Below the pieces are notes generated by a model. It was not told the DNA's origin, made no database searches, and saw nothing but the letters and a program-made list of their open reading frames with translations. DNA of 64,000 nt from Patescibacteria group bacterium (GTDB lineage Bacteria; Patescibacteriota; WWE3; UBA101185; UBA10185): positions 644,023-708,022 of the forward strand of contig JBMORU010000001.1 in assembly GCA_049322215.1 (NCBI GenBank), in the 5' to 3' direction. Of the stretch, positions 9,651-19,406 are shown in pieces. A program made the translations under genes and the position numbers. Positions within the stretch are counted from its first letter, which is position 1; each line of letters begins with the position of its first letter.

Positions 9651-10982
9651 ATGATTAATCCTACTATTATTGTAGAAGGTAAAAGCCGTCTTTCTGGTAG
9701 CGTACGTGTATCTGGATCAAAAGATTCAGCTTTAAAGCTTATAGCAGCATCATTATTTTCTAACGATCAAGTATTTATAGAAAATGTGCCTCGAGTTCCA
9801 ATTGTAGAAGATATGTTAATTGCATTGGAAGATATGGGAGTAACTGTTGAGTGGTCAGGAACTTCCAAACTTTTGATAAATGGTGCAACCATAAATACAC
9901 ATGAAATCCCATCATCTTTTGGTAGTAAATATAGAGAAGCGGTTCTTTTAGTGCCCGCTTTAGTTTTTCGCTTTGGAAAGGCGCTGCTTCCGAAGCTAGC
10001 TGAAACTCCTGTAGAGCTACGTCCCATAAATCGCTTAGTAGAAACTTGGGAGAAGGTTGGTATGCTGCTGAAAGAAGATGATAAGTTTCATTTCATTACA
10101 GGACATCAAATAAAAGGTGCTAACATAAATTTTCGTTTAAACACGCATATAGGTACTGACATTGCAATTTTATCTACTATATTTGCAACGGGCGAATCTA
10201 CTATTTTAAATGCTGCCGAAGAACCAGAAATAGAGGACTTAGTTAATTTTTGCAACGCTATGGGTGCCGAAATTACTAGAATAGATGCGCGAACGCTATC
10301 TGTACAAGGTAAGCCTTTATTTCAAGGAACGTCCTTTGTAGTTCAGGGAGATAAAGACGAAGTAGTTTTATTTACAGTAGCTTCACTAATAACTCAAGGT
10401 AATTTAACCGTTTCAGGGGCACAAAAAGCACATTTACTTTCATTTGTTAATGTACTAACAAAAATTGGTGCAACTTATGAATTCTCAGGAAAAGATGAGC
10501 TTAGAGTTTGGTATGCGTCAGATAATTTATCTGCAACCAACATTACAACCTCTGTTGCTCCTGGATTTTTAACTGATTGGCAATATGTTACTACTGTACT
10601 TTTAACTCAAGCGCAAGGTGAAAGCTTAATGCACGAAACTATATATACTGATAATTTTGAATATACAAAAGATCTTAACCGTATGGGTGCAAGAATTCAG
10701 TTATACAGGCCTACTGAATTAGGTTTACAGCCAATAGTGAGCAATGATAGTTATGACATAGAAACTTCAGGTGAACCTTATACAGTGGCTAAAATAAAAG
10801 GTCCTACAAAACTAAAGGGTACTAAATTATACGTCAATAATGCAAAACAAGGTGCCGCACTAGTGTTAGCCGCCTTGGCAGCAGAAGGAAAGAGCGAAAT
10901 TACCAATTATGCTTTAATAGAGAAGGAATTTTTTCAGTTTTTTACTAAACTTTTAGACTTAGATGCCCATATTTCGGCATAA
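9651..10982 (+). CDS. murA: MurA-like enolpyruvyl-transferase-fold protein with degenerate active site
   Basis: LSGSVRVSGSK, NAAEEPEI.DL, PGF.TD.Q, LNRMGA; lacks GGCxIG and DLRAG motifs. Confidence 0.8.
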   Translation: MINPTIIVEGKSRLSGSVRVSGSKDSALKLIAASLFSNDQVFIENVPRVPIVEDMLIALEDMGVTVEWSGTSKLLINGATINTHEIPSSFGSKYREAVLLVPALVFRFGKALLPKLAETPVELRPINRLVETWEKVGMLLKEDDKFHFITGHQIKGANINFRLNTHIGTDIAILSTIFATGESTILNAAEEPEIEDLVNFCNAMGAEITRIDARTLSVQGKPLFQGTSFVVQGDKDEVVLFTVASLITQGNLTVSGAQKAHLLSFVNVLTKIGATYEFSGKDELRVWYASDNLSATNITTSVAPGFLTDWQYVTTVLLTQAQGESLMHETIYTDNFEYTKDLNRMGARIQLYRPTELGLQPIVSNDSYDIETSGEPYTVAKIKGPTKLKGTKLYVNNAKQGAALVLAALAAEGKSEITNYALIEKEFFQFFTKLLDLDAHISA

Positions 10983-10999
10983 CCCTTATATATTGATGA

Positions 11000-11551
11000 T
11001 TAAAACACACTTTTTCTTAGTTTTTTTACTGTCCTATGTAATATTGTTCCTACATTAGATTCCGAAATTTCAAGAAGTTTTGCGATAGTTTTATTTGTGT
11101 ATCCTTCAAAAAATTTCATATATACAATTTGTTTCTCTCTTTCAGGTAATGTATGCAATATATCTTCTATTAATTCTTCAAATTCGGTATGTATTGCTGA
11201 CTCTTCGGGTGTTTTTTCTTTAGATTGTATGTTTACATATTCTAAGGAAATATTATTGCTTTCTTTGTTTTGTGCTCTGTAGTGATCGATAACAGTATTT
11301 CTTGCTATCCTATATAACCAGGATGAAAACGAAACTCCCTGCCATTTAAAGTTTTCTATACCTTCCATTGCCTTTTGAAAAACCAATGATGTAATATCTT
11401 CTGCAGTATTTTTGTTGGAAACTTTAATGCTTACATAGCGGTGTATATGAATATGATAGTGTTCGTAAAGTTTTCCAAATGCTTGCCTATCTTTTTTACT
11501 GGCTTCCACTAATTTTTGTTCTTGATTGGGATCAAGTGAAATTTTTGACAT
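11000..11551 (-). CDS. ECF sigma-70 factor
   Basis: AEDITSLVF, FSSWLYRIARN..IDHYR, LPERE...IAKLLEISESNV. Confidence 0.93.
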   Translation of the reverse strand: MSKISLDPNQEQKLVEASKKDRQAFGKLYEHYHIHIHRYVSIKVSNKNTAEDITSLVFQKAMEGIENFKWQGVSFSSWLYRIARNTVIDHYRAQNKESNNISLEYVNIQSKEKTPEESAIHTEFEELIEDILHTLPEREKQIVYMKFFEGYTNKTIAKLLEISESNVGTILHRTVKKLRKSVF

Positions 11552-12344
11552 ATTTTCTTCCCTGTACTTTGTTTAATCTCAGTAAAATTACATCAGATTT
11601 TTTCGCAGTGTAGTTTTTGGGATTAATTTTCCAATTAAGCCTATTTTTTTGTATGTATTCTTCGTCTGTTTTTAGCTCTGTAAATAAAATTTTATTTCCT
11701 TCAAGCATATTTCCAATTTCTAGTGCTGAAACTAATGGAGCAGGGTAATAATAATAAGTGTTATCTACTATTGTAGTATTATTTTTACCAGCTTTTAGTT
11801 CAATTTTGGATTTAGGGAGATTTAAGGTGTTGATGCTTTCTTGTATGTTTATTTCATCTATTTTTAACTTTTTTAATAGCCGTTTGTTTACTATTTGAAT
11901 TATGTATTCTGATAATTTTTCCTTTTTTATTAAATCTAGGTTTTTGGGTACATCTATTACTGCGACAGGATTCAAAATATTTACCCAGTATTTAAATATT
12001 TCTTGGTTTGACTTTGAAACTTCTATAACCAGTAAATGCCTATATGGTTTATTTTTAATTAAAACAGCGCTTGTTTTTACTATAGTGCTTATCCAAGATT
12101 TAGCATTTCCCGGATAATTAGTGGTTCCTATAACAGTAAGTGGAATGCTTAATTCAGCCTCGGGTGTTTCAAGATTGCGTCTACTAGGCAATTTTTCATG
12201 AAATACTTGATATATAGCCTCTCTTACAATAGAAGTTTGGCCATCTCCTGTGACAACAATTATTGTTGGTTTGTGTTTTTTTATTGTTGCAAGTGTTAAT
12301 TTGCCCAATACTGACCTTAAAACCTGCCTAGGTTGTATATGCAT
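11532..12344 (-). CDS. Truncated, degenerate MurF-like protein
   Basis: KHKPTIIVVTG..TS..EAIY, E.SIPLTVIG, IVDNTY..P resemble CPR MurF; P-loop Lys absent; only 270 aa. Confidence 0.65.
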   Translation of the reverse strand: MHIQPRQVLRSVLGKLTLATIKKHKPTIIVVTGDGQTSIVREAIYQVFHEKLPSRRNLETPEAELSIPLTVIGTTNYPGNAKSWISTIVKTSAVLIKNKPYRHLLVIEVSKSNQEIFKYWVNILNPVAVIDVPKNLDLIKKEKLSEYIIQIVNKRLLKKLKIDEINIQESINTLNLPKSKIELKAGKNNTTIVDNTYYYYPAPLVSALEIGNMLEGNKILFTELKTDEEYIQKNRLNWKINPKNYTAKKSDVILLRLNKVQGRKYVKNFT

Positions 12345-12475
12345 ATGTACTACAGAACGAGTTTATTACAAATCCGTCACTTGTGCTATTTTAATGCACT
12401 TTTCGTTTTTTTCTTAAAGTATAATGTCAACTATAATAAACATTATTCTGTTATTTGCTATACTTTAGGGGTCTT

Positions 12476-13582
12476 ATGATTAATTTAGTAGCTTTAACAA
12501 TTGGGTCATTTATATTTACGTTTTTGTTATCGTTTCCTTTTTTGAGCTTTTTGTATAAGTACAATATACGTAGAATTTCGAAAACTGATTTAGACAAAAT
12601 ATTGAAACATCGCACAGAAATGAAATTTGGAACTCCTGTAATGGGAGGAACTGTTATTTTACTTTCAATAATTCTATTTTCCACTGTTTTTTTGTCCAAC
12701 TGGGCTTATTACCCTTTGATTATTTTTGTTTGTGTAGTAGGTGGTATTTTTGGAGCTATTGATGAGTATGTAAATACTTTAGGACGTACTTTATCGGTAA
12801 TAAGAATAGTAAAAGAACAAGAAGGCAAACCTTCTAGTATTTTTCCAGTAAGCCCTAAACTAAAAAGGCTAAAGAGTCTTATTTTAATTCCATGGAAATT
12901 ATTTGAAGAAGCACTTAGAATTACTGGCAGCCAGCAGCGAGGTCTTAAAAGCCACTACAAACTGCTAATGCAGATATTTTTGGCATTAGTTCCTATACTT
13001 TATTTACATGTAGTTGGAAATGGCACTTTTTTTATTTTTCCGTTAGTTGGTAAAGTAGATTTTAATATTTTGTATTACCCAATTGTGTTTGCTGCTCTTA
13101 TGTTTTATGCAAACGCTTTTGGTGTAACAGATGGAATGGATGGTTTATCTGCAGGTCTTCATAGCATTGCATTTTTAGCAATAGGAGTTATTTCTTATCA
13201 TTATGATTATATTGATTTAGCGTATTTATCTTTTATTGTTGTAGGTGCTGAATTAGCTTTTTTGTACTTTAATATTTTTCCAGCAAGGGTTGAAATGTCA
13301 GATGTGGGTACTCTTCCATTGGGTATGCTCTTTGTTTTAATTACTTCCATAATGCACCTTGAATTTGTTTTACCTATTATAGGTTTTATATTTACATTAG
13401 AAATATTTACCAGTGTTACTCAGCAGTGGTCAGTAAAACTAACAGGAAAAAGACTTTATCCTATGGCACCTATTCACCATTCATTTGAGTTTTTAGGCTG
13501 GCCAGAAACAAAGGTTACAATGAGGTTTTGGTTAGTAAGTGCTATTGTTGCTTTAGTTGGTATATTTATTGCTTTGTTATGA
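12476..13582 (+). CDS. mraY: Phospho-MurNAc-pentapeptide transferase
   Basis: GTPVMGG, TDGMDGL, FNIFPA..M.D.G, MAPIHH.FE..GWPE. Confidence 0.9.
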   Translation: MINLVALTIGSFIFTFLLSFPFLSFLYKYNIRRISKTDLDKILKHRTEMKFGTPVMGGTVILLSIILFSTVFLSNWAYYPLIIFVCVVGGIFGAIDEYVNTLGRTLSVIRIVKEQEGKPSSIFPVSPKLKRLKSLILIPWKLFEEALRITGSQQRGLKSHYKLLMQIFLALVPILYLHVVGNGTFFIFPLVGKVDFNILYYPIVFAALMFYANAFGVTDGMDGLSAGLHSIAFLAIGVISYHYDYIDLAYLSFIVVGAELAFLYFNIFPARVEMSDVGTLPLGMLFVLITSIMHLEFVLPIIGFIFTLEIFTSVTQQWSVKLTGKRLYPMAPIHHSFEFLGWPETKVTMRFWLVSAIVALVGIFIALL

Positions 13583-14754
13583 AAAAAAGACCTGCCCACG
13601 TACGTAATGCTGCTGACAAAACTTTTTTGTTTCTTCTATCAATTTTATTAGCCTTTGGTACCTTAATGATTTACGATGCCACTGCTGTTTATTCGCGTGG
13701 GGAATTAGGTGGTGCATTTAAACTAGTTACTTTACATATTACATGGTTACTAATAGGTGCACTGTGTTTTTTCTTATTCTATAAACTTGACTACCACAAG
13801 CTTCAAAAGCCTTCAATTATTATTTTTAGCATTGCAGCTTTAATGCTTGTAGTTTTAGCCTTTGCTGGTCAATTACTCCCCTGTAACGCTAACTTTATAT
13901 TTGCTCCCTGTATAAATGGGGCTAATCGTTGGTTTTTTTTAAACCCAGCACCGCTCCCGTCAATTCCATTTTTGGGCGTACTAGGTTTTCAACCTAGTGA
14001 GTTTGCCAAACTTGCAATGATAATTTACTTGGCTGTTATTATAGCCAAAAATGAAGGTGATGACTTAGCAATGTTTGTTGCAGCAGGTGTTATTTCTGGT
14101 CTTGTTTTTCTTCTTATACTTGCACAGCCAAATATGTCTACAGCAGTACTTTTACTGTCTATTGGTATGACGATGTTTTTTGCTTCAGACGCGTCTATTC
14201 GACCATTACTAACTACATTGCCTTTTTTTGCAGGTGCTGCATTTTTTCTAATGTTTGGTTCTGAGTATAGACGTCAACGTTTCAAAACATTCCTGGGCTC
14301 AGAAGATTTAGGTAGTGATAGCTTAGGTTCTGGGTATCACATACAGCAAATATTAATAGCTCTGGGTTCAGGTGGTTTATTTGGTTTAGGCCCCGGGCAA
14401 TCTATTCAAAAATTCAAGTATTTACCTGAAGTCTATGCAGATTCAATTTTTGCTATTATCGGGGAAGAATTAGGTTTTATTGGAACTACTGTTTTCATAA
14501 TTTTTTACACTCTTTTCATTTACAAAGGTTTTGATATTGCAAAAAAGGCTCCTGACCTTTTAGGTAGACTTCTTGCCGTTGGAATAGTTTCTTGGTTAAC
14601 TTTTCAATTTTTTATTAACATTGCAGCTATGCTAAAGCTTATACCTTTAACAGGGGTTCCGTTACCCTTAGTGTCTTATGGAGGGTCTTCTACTGTATTT
14701 AGTCTTGCTGCAATTGGTATTCTTTCAAATGTTTCTAGGCAATCATCGGTATAA
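13579..14754 (+). CDS. ftsW: SEDS peptidoglycan polymerase FtsW
   Basis: NGANRW, FQPSEFAK, LPE..ADSIF..IGEELG, GVPLPLVSYGGSS; lies between mraY and murG. Confidence 0.93.
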   Translation: MKKRPAHVRNAADKTFLFLLSILLAFGTLMIYDATAVYSRGELGGAFKLVTLHITWLLIGALCFFLFYKLDYHKLQKPSIIIFSIAALMLVVLAFAGQLLPCNANFIFAPCINGANRWFFLNPAPLPSIPFLGVLGFQPSEFAKLAMIIYLAVIIAKNEGDDLAMFVAAGVISGLVFLLILAQPNMSTAVLLLSIGMTMFFASDASIRPLLTTLPFFAGAAFFLMFGSEYRRQRFKTFLGSEDLGSDSLGSGYHIQQILIALGSGGLFGLGPGQSIQKFKYLPEVYADSIFAIIGEELGFIGTTVFIIFYTLFIYKGFDIAKKAPDLLGRLLAVGIVSWLTFQFFINIAAMLKLIPLTGVPLPLVSYGGSSTVFSLAAIGILSNVSRQSSV

Positions 14755-14781
14755 ACTTTTGTTTAAGCTATAATTAATTTA

Positions 14782-15894
14782 ATGAAAGTAGTAATAACAG
14801 GTGGGCACCATAGTTCTGCATTACCTGTAATTAAACAACTAAAGAAGGTCAATCCATCTATAGAGTTTTTTTGGATAGGGCATAAATATTCCATTAGCGG
14901 GGATACCAATACAACTCTTGAATATAAAGATATCACTGATTTAAATATACCATTTTATGCTTTAAAAGCAGGGAAAGTGTATAAAACCTATAATCCCTTT
15001 AAATTGCTAAAAGTTCCATTTGGATTTTTTCAAGCACTTTTTTTTCTGTTAAAAATTAAGCCAAATATTATTTTATCTTTTGGAGGATATTTATCGGTAC
15101 CTGTTGTGTTAGCTGGTTTCTTACTAAATATTCCTTCTGTAACTCATGAACAAACAATTGTAGTTGGTTGGGCAAATAAGGTGGTTTCAAAATTTGCTAA
15201 AAAAATAATGATAACTTGGCCAAACTCGGCTCAGTATTTTCCACAAAATAAAACCATATTTACGGGGTTACCTTTACGGGAAAATGTTTTTAAAGCAAGC
15301 ACAAACAACTTTGACCTTAATAAAAAGCTCCCCACTGTTTATTTAACTGCAGGAAAACAAGGATCTCACATTATTAATTCCGTCATTGGTGAATGCCTTA
15401 ATGAAATTCTTGGTATGTGTAATTTAATTCACCAGTGTGGCGACTCATCTCTTTATAATGACTATAACAATTTAACTGATATTTATTCTAAACTAGTTGA
15501 TGGAGTACCAGGAAAGTATATTCTTAAGAAGTTCATTAGAAATGGCGAAATAGGGGAGGTTTTTTCTAAAGCAGATTTGGTTTTGTCTAGATCTGGTGCG
15601 CATATTACATATGAACTAATAGCCTTAGAAAAACCTTGCATTTTAATTCCAATTCCTTGGGTTTCGCATAATGAGCAGTATGAAAACGCTTCTATACTAT
15701 ATAAATCAGGTTTAGGCGTAATTCTTTCGCAAAAAGAATTATCTAAGGATACTTTGCTAGCAACCCTGCGTTTTACACTTAATAACATGCATGAGTTTAA
15801 AATTAAAAACAATTCGTACAAAAATATTTTAGTACAAGATTCAGCAAAAAAAATTGCAAATGTCGTTTTGGAAGAAGCAAAAAAAAACTACTAA
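14782..15894 (+). CDS. murG: Lipid II GlcNAc transferase MurG
   Basis: TGGH, FGGYLSVP, HEQT, G.PLR, SRSGA, EQYENA. Confidence 0.93.
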   Translation: MKVVITGGHHSSALPVIKQLKKVNPSIEFFWIGHKYSISGDTNTTLEYKDITDLNIPFYALKAGKVYKTYNPFKLLKVPFGFFQALFFLLKIKPNIILSFGGYLSVPVVLAGFLLNIPSVTHEQTIVVGWANKVVSKFAKKIMITWPNSAQYFPQNKTIFTGLPLRENVFKASTNNFDLNKKLPTVYLTAGKQGSHIINSVIGECLNEILGMCNLIHQCGDSSLYNDYNNLTDIYSKLVDGVPGKYILKKFIRNGEIGEVFSKADLVLSRSGAHITYELIALEKPCILIPIPWVSHNEQYENASILYKSGLGVILSQKELSKDTLLATLRFTLNNMHEFKIKNNSYKNILVQDSAKKIANVVLEEAKKNY

Positions 15895-16714
15895 CTTTTC
15901 TAAGTATAATCGGGTGAATAAAATAGCCTTTTTAGATGATAGATTTCAGCCCAAAAGAAAGCGTAGAAAAAGTAACTTTAAATTCAAGCCTAATATATCT
16001 TCAAGGCAGTTTAATAAAGTAATGAAGTCTATGACATTGCTGCTTTCTGTAGTTTTTGTAATTATGTTTTGTTGGACAGTATATAAAAGAACAAACATTT
16101 TTAGCATAGAAGAAATAACTGTTGAAGGAACTGAAAAGTTTGTGAATAAAGAAGATATGCTTGCTTTAATAACAAGCAATATTGATGGAAAAACTTACTT
16201 AAATACTTCTGCAGAGAACTTGCAGCAAAAACTGACTGAAAATTTTCAGGGGGCCAAAAACATTAAAGTTACTAAAGTTCCTTTTTCTAAAATAAAAGTT
16301 ACAGTTGTTGAAAGAAGGCCTTTAGCTTTAATAAGTTCTAATGGAAGCACCTTTATGATAGACGATGACGGATATGTACTAGGCTTGGTTCAAGAAGATT
16401 ACCTTAACTTGCCTCAAATAAATTATACTGAAGAGGTAAGAACCGCAACGTTTATAGAAACAGATCTTGTTCCGGTATATTTAGACTTAATTAATGAATT
16501 AAACCGGGAAGATCTGCAAGCAAGTAGTATAAGTGTTAGCAAAAGGGATCTAACATTGTATACTGACTCAGTTGAAGTGTTTTTGAGTAGGGATAGGGAA
16601 ATAAGTGAGTCGGTACGATTATTGAACACAGTTTTGAAACAAGTTTTTACAAATGGGGAAAAAGCGACCAGAATAGATTTACGATATGAGAAAGTGATAG
16701 TATCATATGAATAA
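15860..16714 (+). CDS. ftsQ: Cell division protein FtsQ/DivIB
   Basis: Basic N-terminus, one TM, POTRA-like region, ERRP, IDLRY; precedes ftsA. Confidence 0.85.
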   Translation: MSFWKKQKKTTNFSKYNRVNKIAFLDDRFQPKRKRRKSNFKFKPNISSRQFNKVMKSMTLLLSVVFVIMFCWTVYKRTNIFSIEEITVEGTEKFVNKEDMLALITSNIDGKTYLNTSAENLQQKLTENFQGAKNIKVTKVPFSKIKVTVVERRPLALISSNGSTFMIDDDGYVLGLVQEDYLNLPQINYTEEVRTATFIETDLVPVYLDLINELNREDLQASSISVSKRDLTLYTDSVEVFLSRDREISESVRLLNTVLKQVFTNGEKATRIDLRYEKVIVSYE

Positions 16715-16737
16715 GTATTCAGGTACTTTTTAAACTT

Positions 16738-17994
16738 ATGCCTAAAGAAAAAATTATAGCCGGTATTGATGTTGGTTCAAGTAAAATTAGCACTATAATA
16801 GCTACAGTCTCTGATAGCAAGATTTCTGTAATTGGAGTTTCTGGAGTTGTTCAATCTAAAGGTGTGAACAAAGGAATAATTGTAGATATTGATGATGCTG
16901 TAGAGTCTATTTCCAAAAGCTTAGAAAGAGCTGAGAGAATGGCCGGTGTATCTGTTTCTTCTGCCTTTGTTACAGTTAGTGGCAGTCATATAGAAACTCA
17001 AAATTCTCACGGAGTAGTTGCAGTGACTAATCAAGGAACAGAAATTGTGCCTGAGGATGTATTTAGAGTTACCGAAGCCGCGCAAGCGGTATCTTTACCT
17101 AATTCCCGGGAAATAGTTCATGTTATTCCCCGCGATTTTATTGTAGATTCTCAGGATGGCATTAGAGACCCAATAGGTATGTCAGGCATACGTTTAGAAG
17201 TAGAAACAAACATTATTCACGGTTCTTCCACTGCGATGAAAAATTTAATTAAATGTGTTCAACAAGTTGGTGTTGATGTAGACGACTTAGTATATACAGG
17301 TGTTGCCTCTGCAGAGGCTGTTTTAACAGATACTGAAAAAGAACTAGGTACCGTTTTAATAGATATTGGAGGAGGAACTACTTCAATAATTGCTTTTGTT
17401 GAAGGAAGTCCCATTCACTCTGTGGTTTTACCCATTGGAGGTAAACATATAACAAGCGACTTGGCTATTGGTTTGCGTGCAAATATGGATGCTGCTGAAA
17501 AAATTAAAGTTAAGCTAAGCGAAGAAAGAACTCAGTTTATGGCATTAGATAATGCTGCAAGAAGAAATGATGAGTTTGATGTTTCAGGATTTGGTTTAGA
17601 TGAAGATAGTGTTCCAAGGAAATTACTTTATGAAATAATTGACGCCCGTTTAAATGAAATCTTTACTCTTATTGCGCTAGAGTTAAAGAAAGCCAATTTG
17701 CATAGCAAGTTGCCTGCTGGTGTAGTGTTGACTGGTGGGGCAAGTTTGACTAATGGCATTGAGCGTGTTGCTAAACATATTTTAAAAATGCCAGTGCGCG
17801 TTGGTCAGCCCAAAGGAGTAACAGGACTGATTGACGAAATACAAAGTCCGGCCTTCGCTGCAAGCGTTGGTGAAATTTTGTATGGAACCAAGTTAATTAA
17901 AAGCGGTTCGGTCTTGTCTTTTAATTCAAGTCGAGGTAAGATAAGCGAAATTGCGTCCAGGTTACTTGAAAAAATAAAATCCTTCCTGCCCTAA
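16738..17994 (+). CDS. ftsA: Cell division protein FtsA
   Basis: GIDVGSSKI, DIGGGTT, VLTGGA, amphipathic C-terminal tail. Confidence 0.97.
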   Translation: MPKEKIIAGIDVGSSKISTIIATVSDSKISVIGVSGVVQSKGVNKGIIVDIDDAVESISKSLERAERMAGVSVSSAFVTVSGSHIETQNSHGVVAVTNQGTEIVPEDVFRVTEAAQAVSLPNSREIVHVIPRDFIVDSQDGIRDPIGMSGIRLEVETNIIHGSSTAMKNLIKCVQQVGVDVDDLVYTGVASAEAVLTDTEKELGTVLIDIGGGTTSIIAFVEGSPIHSVVLPIGGKHITSDLAIGLRANMDAAEKIKVKLSEERTQFMALDNAARRNDEFDVSGFGLDEDSVPRKLLYEIIDARLNEIFTLIALELKKANLHSKLPAGVVLTGGASLTNGIERVAKHILKMPVRVGQPKGVTGLIDEIQSPAFAASVGEILYGTKLIKSGSVLSFNSSRGKISEIASRLLEKIKSFLP

Positions 17995-18076
17995 AAGAGA
18001 TATATAAATTTGGTTATTAACTGAGCTTCAGTGCTTGGTCAATTGTTAAGCGCATTAACAAAAATTTGGAGTTACT

Positions 18077-19225
18077 GTGGTATTTGTAAAACCTGAAATT
18101 GAAAAATTTGCAAAAATTCGTGTAGTTGGTGTTGGTGGCGCAGGCTGCAATGTAATCAACACTATGATAGAGTCTCAACAAATTAATGGTGTAGAATTTG
18201 TTGCTGTAAATACGGATGCCCAAGATTTATCTATTAGTAAAGCTTTCGTAAAAATTCCCATTGGACAAGAAATTACTCAAGGTTTGGGTGCAGGTGCTGA
18301 CCCTGATATTGGTAGGCGTGCTGCTGAAGAATCTAGAGAATTAATAAAGCAAAATTTAGAGGGATCCGATATGGTCTTTGTTACTGCAGGTATGGGTGGG
18401 GGCACTGGTACAGGAGCAGCTCCCGTTATTGCTGCGCTTGCAAGGGAATTGGGGGCACTAACTGTTGGTGTTGTAACTAAACCTTTTCACTTCGAAGGAG
18501 CACAGCGTATGCAAAATGCCGAAAGAGGCATTTCTGAATTAAAAACCGAGGTAGATGCTTTGCTTACAATTCCTAATCAAAAATTATTAGAAATAGCCGA
18601 CGATCGAATGTCTATACTCGATGCATTTAAAGTTTCGGATAGTGTATTACATCAAGGAGTTCAGGGTATATCTGATTTAATAGTAATGCCTGGTTTAATT
18701 AACGTAGACTTTGCAGATGTAAGAACCATAATGAAAGATGCGGGGTCTGCTTTAATGGGTATAGGTATTGGTACAGGTGAAGACAGAGCAACAATTGCAG
18801 CTAAAGCAGCCATATCTTCTCCTTTATTAGAAGTAACTATCGATGGTGCTACGGGAATTTTATTTAATGTTATTGGTGGTCATGATTTAAGTATGCGTGA
18901 AGTAGATGTAGCTGCACGAATTATAAGTGAAGCTGCAAGTAATGATGCAAATATAATTTTTGGTACCACCATAGATGACACATTATCTGATCAAATTAAA
19001 ATAACTGTTATTGCTACAGGATTTGATAGTGAGTTGCGTTCAAAGTTTGGTTTACCTGATAGACGTCAGGAAGCTGTATTAAATACTCCTCACGTACAGC
19101 CTGTTTCTCAACAAGAGCCAGAAGATGATGAACCTCAAACTCCAGAAACCTGGGATGACGAAGGTTTTCCAACAGATGAAGGCGAAAGCAAGTTTGATAT
19201 TCCAGCCTTTTTACGTGGCAGGTAA
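18077..19225 (+). CDS. ftsZ: Cell division protein FtsZ
   Basis: GGGTGTG, NVDFAD, C-terminal DIPAFLR. Confidence 0.98.
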   Translation: MVFVKPEIEKFAKIRVVGVGGAGCNVINTMIESQQINGVEFVAVNTDAQDLSISKAFVKIPIGQEITQGLGAGADPDIGRRAAEESRELIKQNLEGSDMVFVTAGMGGGTGTGAAPVIAALARELGALTVGVVTKPFHFEGAQRMQNAERGISELKTEVDALLTIPNQKLLEIADDRMSILDAFKVSDSVLHQGVQGISDLIVMPGLINVDFADVRTIMKDAGSALMGIGIGTGEDRATIAAKAAISSPLLEVTIDGATGILFNVIGGHDLSMREVDVAARIISEAASNDANIIFGTTIDDTLSDQIKITVIATGFDSELRSKFGLPDRRQEAVLNTPHVQPVSQQEPEDDEPQTPETWDDEGFPTDEGESKFDIPAFLRGR

Positions 19226-19366
19226 AACTTTGGCACTAAAACTTCTTGTATGATAATTTTTACCTCTCTATAATGTCCTAGTACCGAGGATAATTATAAG
19301 GCAGTTCATCATAAATCCTCTAAAAGTAATAATTTGAAAAGAGTTCGTAGCCCAACAACTCTATTG

Positions 19367-19405
19367 GCAGTATATAGTTGTTGTGTTATGACAACATATC
19401 CTGTC
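19367..19405 (+). promoter_or_regulatory. Possible tandem NrdR boxes
   Basis: CAGTATATAGTTG and ACAACATATCCTGT resemble the NrdR consensus and lie just upstream of nrdA. Confidence 0.4.
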
Positions 19406-19406
19406 T

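Noticed and set aside
19260-19330. GAGGAT/ATCCTC hairpin with A-rich tail before nrdA as a preQ1 riboswitch
   Set aside because: Loop too long and lacks the conserved nucleotides; gene context does not fit
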